Positions 22,957 through 34,553 of a DNA stretch of 64,000 bases are shown here, piece by piece. The notes beneath the pieces are model-generated. The model saw only the letters and a list, made by a program, of their open reading frames with translations, was not told the DNA's origin and did not search any database. The stretch covers positions 1,550,001 through 1,614,000 of the forward strand of contig OZ361257.1 of NCBI GenBank assembly GCA_977018835.1, written 5' to 3'. The position numbers were made by a program, and so were the translations under genes. Origin of the DNA: Minutocellus sp. GHC0000111. Its lineage: Eukaryota. The number at the start of each line of letters is the position of its first letter. The stretch's first letter is position 1.

Positions 22957-25843
22957 CTACACTAGCTGATGATCACAGCCCCTTTCTGCTAGCACGCTAA
23001 CTTTCAATTAAAAAAATTTTTTTTTCACAATGAACAGGTATCAAAACAAGAAAAGCAGCGACTGAAAAATGCTAGACGACACTTAGAACAAATTAAAAGG
23101 AAGGAGAGCATACCCAGGATGAACATAAAGCCACCGCATCATGACCGTCTTCGCGACTATGATGCTCTTCATGTGCAGCAGCTATGGGAAGACGCAATAG
23201 AGTTGGACGTTGATTTGAGTGCTTGCGATCCATATCGTGCACTGAACAATGACAAGTACAAAATCGCCATTGGGCAAGCCACCAAGGTAATATCGGCAGC
23301 GAGGAGGAAAAGAGACGCCCACTTCAGGAAGGAAGATATGTACGCAATTAATCGCCAAGCATTCCGAGCATCAACCTATGCCGAACAGAAGGTACTCGAA
23401 TCGCTCATGCGATTTGAATCGAGAATGATGCAACTTCACCATGATGTTTGCTCTTTGTGCAATGAGTGCAGCATTGATATGACTGTAAACAAGAATAATG
23501 TCTGTCGAAGGTGTGCAAATAAACGGACGAAAAATGATTATACGAAAGAAAATGCCATGATCCCACTGTGGATTGATGATGAGGGTAAGGAGCATCTAGA
23601 GGTTCCTCCGGAACTAGAATGCCTCACTATTGCCGAGAAATTATTGATCCAGCGCGTCTCACCGCTCGTGCCAATACATCACATTAAAAATGGCAATCTT
23701 GGAATAAAGGGGCACGTTTGCTCCTTTATGCAAAATATCGAAGATCTAGCTTCGTCGCTCCCAAAATTACCTCACCAAGTCAAAGCAATACGGATGATTC
23801 GAACTCACGAAAATAGCGACGGTCTTCCGGTCACGACAATGTACACTGTGAATCGTCGTCGCGTCATGAATGCTCTCCTCTGGCTCGTAAAGCACCACTC
23901 TGATTATAGGCAAGCCTACGAGAACGGTGAATTGACTATTGATGAAACAAATCTTGACTGGATGCCCGCCGGGATAGATGAGGCTGATCTCTTATCCGTT
24001 ACTGACATAGTGCACACCGAAAAAAAATGATAGTCTCGCTGATACCGAGGAGACTGGGGTGTCCAATTCCCAATGTATCGATCCCCTGATGATTGATAAT
24101 GATGAAGAGGAATGCTCAGGTTTCTCGTGTAAAGAGGCAACATCGCTCACCAACGAAAATCAAGAAGCAATGATAAATGCTTTGAAGGAGGCAGCAGGCG
24201 AGCAGAGCGACGTATCAAAGCTTGATTGGCCACAGACCAGCTATCCCGATGCCATTTCGGAATATTCCAATGTACGCATCTTCACGAATGCATTCCCTTG
24301 GCTTTTCCCGGGAGGAACAGGTGATTTCCGCGATCTTGACCGTGAATCAGACATAGACGTAGCAAATTGGGCACAACATCTTCTACGGCAGGCCGATGGA
24401 AGATTTCAGCGAGACAAGCTCTGGGGATTTTTTGTGTATAACTACTGCCAAAGACATCGTAACAATTCTAGCGGAGGATACTTCATCAACAATCACATCA
24501 GCGATCCGCCCAAATCTCTCGATGAATTGAAGGAACAGCTAAGGAAGGGCGACTCTTCCTTTGTTAGCAAACTCATTTTCTACAGCAAGCGAGTTCGTGG
24601 ATCAGATTCATACTGGCGGTCAGAACGCTCAAAATTATACACATGGATTTCTCACCACATAGAAGCCAATCACGGAGCGCCAGACATATTCATGACCCTC
24701 TCCTGTGCGGAATATTTTTGGCCGGATGCAATACGGCTCCTAGAAGAACGCATATGGATCGCGGAAGGGAGGAAAATCGTAAACGGAAATCGATGCTTTC
24801 GCGACGGACGGAAGATTGACCTCAGCAATAATAGGGTCGATCGAAACAGAGCCGTCAATGACTATGCCCTCGTAATTCAACAATATTTCATCAAACGTGC
24901 AGAGAATTTCTTGAACACCGTCGGAAAGGAATTACTCGGCATAAAATATTATTGGGGCCGAATGGAATTTGCCAAAGGACGGGGGCAGATACACATCCAT
25001 CTTCTTGGTATATTGGACAAGACCATGACAAGAGACCTCCAGGACCAGCTAAATGACGGAGGCAGAATTCACGCCGATCAGGCCAAACTCGTTGGGGACT
25101 GGGCAGAACGGGTCTTCGGCATGACTTCATCCATCGACAGGAATAGCGAGTGAGTATATGTGCAAATTGAATCAAAAACCAACATGATCAGACGCGACAA
25201 GGTCTCATGATCCCTCTTCCTCCTTTCTCGACAGGCCTGCTGACGAAAGCGGTAACATGGGAGCAAGCAAACAACGTCTCGGCGAGGTTTCCGACTATCG
25301 TAAGGACGAGGCTCGACTCTGTTTTGAATGCCAACATCATAAATGCGGGAGCTACTGCATGCGAAACCATCGTGCGAAGAAAAATAAAGAATCAGCAAAT
25401 TCCCCTCCCAGCACACACGAGACGAATTCAAGCACCGCAAAACCAGATAAACGACGATATTGCCGTGCCGGAACAGGATACGAGAAGACCCCAAATGCTT
25501 GCGATACACCAGGATTCCAATTACGTTCAGACCATGCCATCACCCGTGATGATCGTGATTTCCTGAAGCTCGAAATGAAGCGGAACAATCTTCGCATGAT
25601 TCAGACCCCACTCAACGTTCTGAGAGGATGGCGTGGCAATTGTGATATCAACGTGTTATTATACGACTGTCACGACAGCGAACCAACGCCAGAGGACATA
25701 GCCGAAGTTACCGATTATGTTGTCGCTTACGAGCTCGTACGCATGCAAAGGAAACGAGACACTGGCCACCGAACGCGACACTATTACAGCCATCGTCAAT
25801 CGGTGAGTGCTGCGTTGGATGCAAATGTGCCAAAACGGGACCA

Positions 25844-25879
25844 ATTCCATTTGAATACCCGCGAGTATTCAAAAAGAAT
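25844..25879. promoter_or_regulatory. Intronic palindrome, copy 5
   Basis: ATTCC attt GAATAC ccgcga GTATTC aaaa AGAAT, inside RepHel intron 25803-25961. Confidence 0.85.
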
Positions 25880-28017
25880 CTGATCCCGCGTCTATTTCCG
25901 TTCATTGTGTCATTTTCACGCTGTAACGCGCGCATGCTCAATCCCCTGATTCGACTTCCAGTGCTGAGGAGGTATCAGGAAATATTGATGATGTAATCAC
26001 ATTGGCCAGGAAGCTGCTCAACAGAGCCGTGGTCAGTAGACTTGTGCCAAAACAAGAGTGCATGGTGGAGCTAGACAAGCTTCCCTTGATCCTGTGCACG
26101 GAGACCATCGAGTCAATTAGTTTGTCCGGTAGCTACAAGCTCACATCAGACACCCACAATGGACTGGTTGCCAAATACAGAAAAATAGCTGCCAAGAACC
26201 CTAACCTTTCGCTCAGTGACCTGTTCCAACAACAAATTGGCAGCAAGAACACTGAGAAAGCTGTCATTCCACATTGGATAGGAGGGAGAGGGGGCAACCA
26301 ACATTCCCAGTCGTCACTACTAAGGAAGGACTATGCCACAGAATGACGCTGCTAGTGCACAGGCCATGGAGAGCATCAACACCTCCCCGGCTAAGCAAAG
26401 AGCAATGGATCAAAGAGTTCAACAACTCTCTTTCTGACTCGTGCTGCCCCCAGTCAGTCAAGATTGCGTACGCCAGGGTGAGAGAGCGCAAAGTGAAGAA
26501 ACGCCACAGTGTGAGCCAACAGCAGAAGATGAAGAATGCTATGACTACGAGGCTCACGGAGACATGGATGATGAAACCAGAGACATTCTCAACTTGGTCA
26601 AAACCAATGCAGTCAGCAACGACCCAGGAGTGACCATTGGGGACTTCAAGTTTGACAGAGGGCTAAACTATGACTGGTCTCAGAGAATGTTCCCTGCAAG
26701 AGACGCCATGCTTGAAGGGGGTCCTGGCTAGAAGAAGCAGTCAGCTCAAAAGATGCAACAGAATGGACACCTTTTACCACTGAAGTAGATGGAAAGCCCA
26801 TGGCAATTGATGCGTCAATGGTGAAAAATGACCAGCAGGAGTTGCTTCTGACAGTGATGAGCAAGGTCAAGGAGTGGGTGGAGTGCGCCACTTCAAGTGA
26901 TGTCAACAAAGCCAGGTCTTTCAAGCCACTCTACTTGACGGTGCAAGGCTGCGCAGGATCAGGCAAGAGCTTCTTCATTAAATGCTTGGTGAACACAGTG
27001 AGGGAGGTTTTAGGAGAGAGAAACGTCATCCATGTGGTTGGCCCCACCGGTGCAGCAGCATGGTCAGTGGGAGGACAGACAATGCACAGAAAAATTGGAA
27101 TAAACCCTCACTCTCCATCGTCTTTCCCTTCAGAAAAAAGCAAAGAGAGACAATGATGAAAGACAACAGAGTGGCAGTTGTTTACGTGCTTGATGAAAGG
27201 AGCATGTGTACACAGCAGACAACCTTGGGGCTGCTGAGAGGAATCTTGCAGCAACTGCTCATGGAGGAGGCCACGAAGGAGAGCTGTTCGGGGGGGTGCC
27301 CATCTTTCTGCTTGTGGGGGATGACTACCAGCTGCCCCCACCAACAAACACACAAAAGGGAGCATTTGACACAGTTGGAGGGCAGCCTTCACACTCACAA
27401 AGGCAAACTGGAGTTGCTGCATCAGGAGCACAGCTTTTTCTCGACACATCTGAAAAGTGCATGGAACTCAAGACAATCAAGCGTCAAAAGTCAGATCAGG
27501 TTGAACTCGTCAGCATGCTGGGAAGGCTTTGGTCAGGACACCCAACACCAGCAGATGCAGACAAGCTAATGCAGCACCACCTCACCAACTTTGGAAATGC
27601 AGAAGTGGAAGCCATCACAAGCACAGGAACAACCATGCATCTTTTTGCAAAAAAGGCGCCAAGGGATGAGTTCAACTACCAGAAGCTACAAAAGGTGTCC
27701 AGTTCAAGCAACCCAGTGGCCCTGGTGAAAACCAAGTGGGAGTCCACATCAGGGAAGGCAGCTGTCCGCAAGGCACACTTTCCAAACCCACCAGCAAATG
27801 CAACAGTTCTTAGCAGAGGCGCCATGGTCTGCCTGGCAGACCGAAACTTTGAACCAGAGTGGGGACTCTTCAACAACAGCGTGGGAGAGGTAGAAGAAAT
27901 TATTTTCGAAGAAGGAAGAAATCCAAACACAGGAGACCAACCATGCTACGTGGCAGTGAAGTTCCCTCAGCACAGCGGTCCGGTCTGGGACCCCCTGAAG
28001 CCAAAGGCAAGAACTAG

Positions 28018-28053
28018 ATTCTTGATGAATGCCGAGGGGTGTTCTTTTGGAAG
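28018..28053. promoter_or_regulatory. Intronic palindrome, copy 6 (TA>TG mutated)
   Basis: ATTCT tgat GAATgC cgaggg GTgTTC tttt GGAAG, inside RepHel intron 28007-28145. Confidence 0.75.
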
Positions 28054-29039
28054 CGCCAAGCCGTGAGTCAGGTCATTGGTTGTTTAACTGCACCAGTTTA
28101 ACTCACACCCAACAACCTCCTGCCTTTCCCCCCTCATGTGAAAAGGTCGTTCCAATTCCAATGACAGACAGAGCCATGATGTGCAAAAAAAAACAAGTGC
28201 TGCAAAGCCACTTGCTGCCCACTCACACTGTCATTTGCAAAAACGTGCCACCACACATTCCAAGGACAGTCAGCAGGACCAGTGAGCCATGGCCAGCAAC
28301 CAAATGCGGTGGACCGGGTGATTGTGGACCCAGGAGACAAAGGAATGGAGAGGGAAAGAACCCAGGGCTGCTGCTCTACATGGCGGCAGTGTCGTCAAGA
28401 GCAACCACCATTGGCGATGCTAGCAACAACAGCAGTGAGCAGAGAGGGAGACGGCAAGCCTCAGCAATCTACTTCACTGGGCACAACATGACTCGAAACA
28501 GAGTGCTGAATCTGACACTTAAAAAAGATGGGTCAGAGCACCAAAGAGTGCAGTTGAGACGAGAAAGTGGGGGCATCCCGAGTGGAAGAAAACACAGTGG
28601 GGATGCAGCTGGCTGAAGGAGAAACACCAGAGACAGTGCTGAGCTGGTGCAGGAACTTCCGTGCGAGCAAAGACACCCTTGATGAAGCTGCGAGCAACTG
28701 GAGCTGGCGCAGGAACCTGAACAGAGACCTCAATTTCTAGCAAACCAAGACAAAATTCAATTGAACACCAAATGAACTCAATGAGAAACGAGTGCTATGA
28801 AGTGGTATGGCAGGCTCTTAAACACAAACTACATGCTTACAAGACTTAGTTACTTGTTTAACCCTAATGCTGTGCACCATCCCTCTCAAACAAAGTGGTG
28901 TATCATATGAATATTCATGTCTGTATGTTTTCACTTTCAATTTTCCTACATCGCCCTGAACTAGCGGCTAAATCGGCCCTTAGCGGAACCCGGAGTTGCT
29001 GGGAATTAGAGGCCGCCCGGGCCCATAATCTCAAGCACG

Positions 29040-31035
29040 ATGGACAACGCCGTCACTCTAACGGAGCGCGTCTACCTAGGTACGGGTTGATCCAGGATAA
29101 GGATTGGACCGAAGCTATTGCTCTGCTCTCTGAGCTCCTCGAAGACTCTGGGCCATCCAGCAGAGCCCTAATGTCTCTTCTTGGATTCTGCCAATACTCT
29201 GCAGAGGAATATGACGACGCAGCGTCCACCTACCAGAAGCTATGTAAGCTGTGCCCGGAGTCGTCCGAGTATCAGGTGTACCTCGCTCAAGCCCTAGCAA
29301 AGGCAGGTGCGATGGAGGAAGCCAACCAAGTGGTCGTTGCATTGGAGGAGGACGAAGATGGGTCGGTTTTACGTGAAGATTTGATGCGACTGAAGCTTGT
29401 TATCAAGGCCGACTCGGGTGATCTCGCCATGGCTCGGGAGATGATCGACGGTGTTCAAGAAGATCCTGAAAATCTCGTTTGCGCCAGCTCTATTGCCTTC
29501 CACCAGGGACTGTACGAGGAGGCCTTGTCGGGATACTCCCGTGCACTGGACACGTTCGGCTTTCGTCCGGACTTGGCATACAATATGGCTATCTGCTCCT
29601 ACAAGCTCAAGGACTATGGCAGGGCCATGGAGGTCGTCACAGATGCGATTGGCCATATCTACGAGGCCCCCCAGAACTTTTGTCCGACCACCACCACCAG
29701 TCGCCCGATGGCAACCCCGTCACCGATCCTTCCTACCTGGCCGTCATTCAGCAGTCACGCCTAGTGGAGTGCCTCAACCTCAAGGCCTCCATCGAGTACG
29801 ACTCTGGCGATAAAGTCGCTGCCGCCAAGACTCTCGGGGATATGCCGACAATGCTGGAGGAGGACAAAGATGCAGTCACGTTGCACAACGAAGCCATATT
29901 TTGCGACGTTGAAAGTGGCAATCTGGACGGCTGCTTCAAGAAGCTCCAGCACCTTATCTCCAACGTTTCCTATCCCCCCGAGACATTTGCCAACATTATC
30001 CTGCTATATGTGCAGAACGGCTACGAAGACTTAGCTGCCACGCTTCTGGCGGAGAATGCTGATTTGACGTATGAGCTACTCTCGGAGGAGCTCTATTCCT
30101 TCTTGGATGCCTCCCTCCTCGCTGCAACGAGCCCCGAGGATGCCTTGGTTCAGTTCGACGCCCTTGCCAAGGATATTGCGAAGCGCATTCGAAAGGCATC
30201 CAAGCTGGTAAGTGAGGCCGAGAACGAGGGCGACGATGATGCTCTCGCATCTGCCCACTCCAAGCTTGACGATGCCATGAAAAGCTACCCTCCCGTGCTG
30301 ATGGCCATGGCCAGGATCCACTGGGAGAAGAAGGACTACGAGGCCGTCGAGCGTCTCCTTCGAGAGTCCGCCGAGTTCTGTCCCGATGGGAAGGCTTGTG
30401 CTACTAATCTTGCTCACGCGTACTTTATGCAGGGCAAACATGTGGAGGCGGCCATCTGTTTCGAGCCATTGGTGCAAGGAGCAATGACTGGTGGCGGTGG
30501 GGAAGGCGCCGTTCTGTACATCCCTTCCGTGGTACTAGCAAATCTCTGCGTATCCTTCATTCTTTCTGATCAGAATGACAAGGCAGAAGCCCTCATGGAT
30601 CTTGTGGAGAGGGCGGAAGAGGGGGCAACGGCCCTAAACAGAAATGGTGACCACAAGGATAAGCCCCTTGTACATCTCTCCACCATCAATTTAGTAATTG
30701 GAACACTCTACTACCAGAAGAACAACTTTGATTTTGGCATTGCCACCATCTGCAAAAGCTTCGAACCGTACGAGCAACGGCTGTCGTCCGATACGTGGCA
30801 TTACTGCAAGACCTGCCTCTTGGCATTGCTTGACAAGTTGTCCAAGCAAATGGCGACCGTCGCGGATGAAACTACTTCTCAGATTATCAGCATGCTCGAT
30901 GCCGTGGACAAGCATGGCAAGAATCTCACTTCTTCGGGAGGAGGAGACGAGTATGCGTACGTTCCCTCGTCGTCCAAGAGCACCATTTCGGCGGAGGCCA
31001 GGAAGCTCAAGCTGGCATTCTTGAGATTTGCTTAG
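29040..31035 (+). CDS. IFT70: Intraflagellar transport protein 70 (TTC30/Fleer/DYF-1), with two frame disruptions
   Basis: TPR protein with SRALMSLLGFCQY, L.ECLNLKASIEY, DAVTLHNEA, PPETFANIILLY, VLANLCVSFIL...AE.LM, INLVIGTLY..KNNFDFGI, DTWHYCK.CLL and TISAEARKLK. An 8-bp insertion lies at 29076-29083 and a 1-nt shift in a C-run near 29670. Confidence 0.9.
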
Positions 31036-31172
31036 CTACCCCTATGTAGCTACGAAGTTAGGCCAGTGTACCTAGCTAGGTAGAATCGATAGGCACCAAT
31101 ACTATAACTTGGAGTAGGAATTCCTAGGTCTTTCTTTACCAGATAGCTAGTGCAGTGGTCTTATCATTTGTC

Positions 31173-32839
31173 TCACTCTGGACTCGCAAAAATGCCCAAA
31201 CGGTCAATCCACTTTTTGCCGCGGCCATCTTCTTGACCACGAGCATCGTCGAAAGACGCGGCCACCTCTGCCAGGCACGACGGATTGTCGATGGTGCTGG
31301 ATCCGCAGCTTTCAATATCGATGTCATCTTCAAGGCCGAGAGCTCCCTTGAACGACGCACCGATGGACGATAGAGCAACAGACGCATCAGATTCAAAACG
31401 AGCATTTCTCTGCTGATAGTTGGAAGACGTTTCGCGAGTACGTTTGCCCATGATGCTTCTCCAGAACGTGTCCTCGCTCACGTACGACGCAGCATCTCCA
31501 CCGCCACCGCCACTCCCGCGGGTTGGATACTCGTATTGAGAAGAACCAATGTCGACGTCCTGATGCTCGGGAGGCTGAAGGATTCCTTCCCTATCGGCCT
31601 GAAGAGCACCATGGGGTGGAAGACGTTGTCGATAGCGAAACACGAGGAAGGCGACGGCGACTGATCCCACAAATGCAGATGCTACTGCAATTCCGTACAC
31701 ATAGTTCGGTGGTCTGGGCGATGAAGAAGGGTTTTGGTCTTGACCTTGGACTGCGGCTGAAGGCAAAGCGGGAGCTTGCTGGATCGGCTCACTGACGGTT
31801 GTAGTTGCGCTGAGGTATGTAACGACTGATTTGCCGCTTGGAAGGTTCAAGCTCCCATTCAATGAGCTCGACTCGATACTACTGAGAACTGCATTCCAGT
31901 CGAACTGCTCCAGATCATTGGAGTAAGTGGTCACTGCCCCCTGAACTATGACGCAGTTCCAATTGGCCTTTTCCGCCGTGCAAGTTTCGGTGGTACTTAC
32001 AGCATCCTTGGGAAGAGAATTCACGGCGAGGAGCTCAAATGTTTGTGTGGGGTCGTCTGTCTTTTCGTCTAGCCTTCTATTAACATCGTCAGATGATTGG
32101 AGGCACGGTAAAAATGCATTGGCCACGACCTGAGCAACGGAAGTATCGACATAGCATCGCCTGTGCTGACGCTGGGCTTGAACTCAATCTGGTACTTGAA
32201 TCGAATAATGGCCATTGCGAGTCCTGAAGTTACAATTCCTTGGTCGTCACAAGCAATGGTAGTTTGGACAGTAGATGGTCTACTGGACGGTGCATCCGAC
32301 GGCATTGAGGTTGGGTCTTCTGATGCTTGCTCGCTCGGCCTATTCGAGGGCATTGAAGTCGCTGGCGATGAACTCGGTGCTTTCGACGGACTTGAGGTAG
32401 GATCAGGCGACGACGGCGTAGGACTTGGGCGAAGAGATGGCGCGTTTGTTGTTGGGATTTTGCTTGGATTAGAGCTGGGCTGGACCGTCAAACGGAGCGT
32501 GGGAGATACAGTAGGACTTAAAGACGCGAGACTAGACGACGTAGCTGTAGATGGAGCATTGGTGGAAGGATCGCCGGTGACATGCGTAGCCGTAGTGTTA
32601 TTACTGGACCCATTATTTCTAGCCTCTTGACGTTTCTTTCTCTCCTCTTCCCTCGTTTTAAGACGCTCCTCCTTTCGTAGCCTCTTCCTCTCGATTTGCT
32701 TTTCGGTCAAAAGGACTCGCCGACCTGGACCGACTTTGGGAGCGATGTTGGCGAAGCGACCATGCCCATATTTTGCAGCGAGCAAAATCGTTGCATCTAA
32801 AAGGACAGCAAGGAAGACAAGAAGGAAACGAGACGGCAT
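31173..32839 (-). CDS. Type I membrane protein with a PT/PS-rich stalk (diatom surface protein)
   Basis: Signal peptide MPSRFLLVFLAVLLDATILLAA, PS..PS repeats and TM segment YVYGIAVASAFVGSVAVAFLVF. Frameshift near 32140. Confidence 0.7.
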
Positions 32840-33091
32840 TGTCTACTATGCTCAAGAGGAGCAACCTCGGTCGGGAAATCTTTACGCTTTTACTCAAAAA
32901 GTGCGAATATGGCGTATGTTGCAGTGGTTTCGTGGTGAGCGTGGAATTAAAGGAGAGGCACACCGTGCACTGAGGAGACGTTCAATTTCAGTTCAGATCT
33001 TCACGTCAACGTGGAGCTCACATACCAATCAAATCAGTATTTGGTCTGGAGCAGCCGATGTAGGTGCAACGCAAAGTTGATGTCCAACATA

Positions 33092-34198
33092 TCAGCACTG
33101 CCCCTCAGATTGCTGCCGCTTCACTTCTTCATGCAGGAAGCGACTCTTGACGATGATTAGGCGAGGTAAATCCCAATTCTCGCCCATTACAACATCATCA
33201 CCTGGATTCATCACCCATTCCACGCACTCTACCACATGATCGAGGAGTCGATTGCCATTGATGTCGATGGCAACGACATTTGGATGGCTGCCGACGAGCT
33301 TCTGCTTGCACAAAGCACGCATCTTGGCGGTCCCCTCGTCGGTTAGAGCGTCCTCAATGCTGAAAGTAGTATCGGGGTATCTCTCCTCAGCAATTTCAAT
33401 AGATTCCGGTGACTTGTCAACCCCAAGACAAGCAACTAGATTTCCGCCACTGCCATTATCGTCATTGTCGTCTTCTTTCGCCGTGACAGTTTTGCTGGCA
33501 TCTCCAGCGGCAGTAGCAACCAATGGAACTGCTCCTACCTCACTCAACGCCTTTCTTACTCGGTCGACACACATTCCATAGTCACATCCAATCTCGAGGA
33601 AGGATTCACCCACGCACGTATGAACCACCGACGCTCGACGATACTCCGGAGTTTCGGGAACAACCAGCACGATGCGATCGGAGGTAACGACCCCCGGTTC
33701 CAGAACGGGGAGCAGGAACGATTTGCGTACGTGGTACGTCGAACCCTTCGGGTACCGGACCAGAAGGCGAGGCTCATCGTCGCTTGCTGCATCCTGGCCT
33801 GATGCTCTTGTGGTACCTGCATCGTCCTGGCTGCTCTCAGATGCAACTCGCGCACGTAAAAAGAGCTCTGTTCGGATACCGCTAGCGCTGCTGCTGTCCT
33901 CGTCGCCATTGGCGTTGCTTGCATCGGCGTCGCATCTCTGATCATGCCCTGTGGAACTGGCGCCACCCTGCCTCTTTTTGCGCTTCTTTTTGCGACCCTG
34001 CGACGTTAGTACCCACACGAGCTGGTCCTTTTTCAGCGAGAGACTATTGAAATATCTTTTTGCCACATCCTCTGCCGTCACATATGTGTAGCGGCGGGAT
34101 GCATCGGCGGGTTGCGGTAGCGTCATTGTCGCCTGGTTTTTTGGATGGCGGAGAATGAGGCCAACAGCCGGCATGAGTTTGCTTCTGCTTGACGTCAT
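33092..34198 (-). CDS. Class I SAM-dependent methyltransferase-like protein
   Basis: Motif I FLEIGCDYG, motif II LGVDKS and VAIDINGNR. The start is uncertain. Confidence 0.65.
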   Translation of the reverse strand: MTSSRSKLMPAVGLILRHPKNQATMTLPQPADASRRYTYVTAEDVAKRYFNSLSLKKDQLVWVLTSQGRKKKRKKRQGGASSTGHDQRCDADASNANGDEDSSSASGIRTELFLRARVASESSQDDAGTTRASGQDAASDDEPRLLVRYPKGSTYHVRKSFLLPVLEPGVVTSDRIVLVVPETPEYRRASVVHTCVGESFLEIGCDYGMCVDRVRKALSEVGAVPLVATAAGDASKTVTAKEDDNDDNGSGGNLVACLGVDKSPESIEIAEERYPDTTFSIEDALTDEGTAKMRALCKQKLVGSHPNVVAIDINGNRLLDHVVECVEWVMNPGDDVVMGENWDLPRLIIVKSRFLHEEVKRQQSEGQC

Positions 34199-34553
34199 CA
34201 CGGCCACTGGGCCAACCGACCAGCAGTCAGCCGACGCGCAAAGCAAGCCAAGAGCGAGCAAAGTCAGGAGCGACGATCCAACTGTTTGAGTTTGAAAGAT
34301 AAGAAGCATCATTATTGCCAAGCGCAAGCAAGGCAAATTCAAACAAGAGTGTACTGCTTGACTTGACGTCTGCGTTTCTCGCGTCAATTTATTTTTGGCA
34401 CAAAGCAGGAAGGGTTTGAGGCGAAGCGTGGTCAGCACGTCAGCGCCACTCACTCGTCTGCTCGTCGGAGGGAGCCTCCCTCCAGCAAGTCGGTAACGAG
34501 GAGGCGTGAGCAGCAGCACGAACCGCAACTCAGACCGGCACCGCCCGGGGCAG

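Larger units (their letters stand above)
21968..28740 (+). pseudogene. Helitron Rep-helicase (RepHel), Helitron2/Helentron type, frameshifted
   Basis: DUF6570-like PPELECLTIAEKLLIQR...KGHVCSF; AFPWLFPGG.GD; RGSDSYW; motif 1 FMTLSCAE..WPD; HUH motif RMEFAKGRGQIHIHLL (~24960-25005); catalytic DYVVAY-ACK; PIF1 motifs GCAGSGKS (~26947), PTGAAA...GQTMH, LDERSM, GDDYQLPP, HTFQG and SRATT. Introns at 22891-23037, 25150-25234, 25803-25961 and 28007-28145. Confidence 0.92.
11670..28960 (+). mobile_element. ~17 kb Helitron2/Helentron-like rolling-circle transposon with cargo genes; boundaries approximate
   Basis: Contains a RepHel gene (DUF6570-like region, HUH Rep, PIF1 helicase). The same intronic palindrome links RepHel to the divergent cargo gene. 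Composition and intron style differ from the flanking host genes. The ends were not resolved; there is a hairpin cagtttg-ctca-caaactg at 11676-11693. Confidence 0.7.

Noticed and set aside
13979..28053. Palindromes as a CRISPR array
   Set aside because: The copies are kilobases apart inside spliceosomal introns, there is no repeat-spacer periodicity, and there are no cas genes.
13923..28145. Motif-bearing introns as Introner elements
   Set aside because: Similarity is limited to the 36-bp motif; intron lengths, ends and remaining sequence differ.
11668..28958. cgccct direct repeat and gaaaattga inverted 9-mer as element termini
   Set aside because: Too short to distinguish from chance without additional copies.
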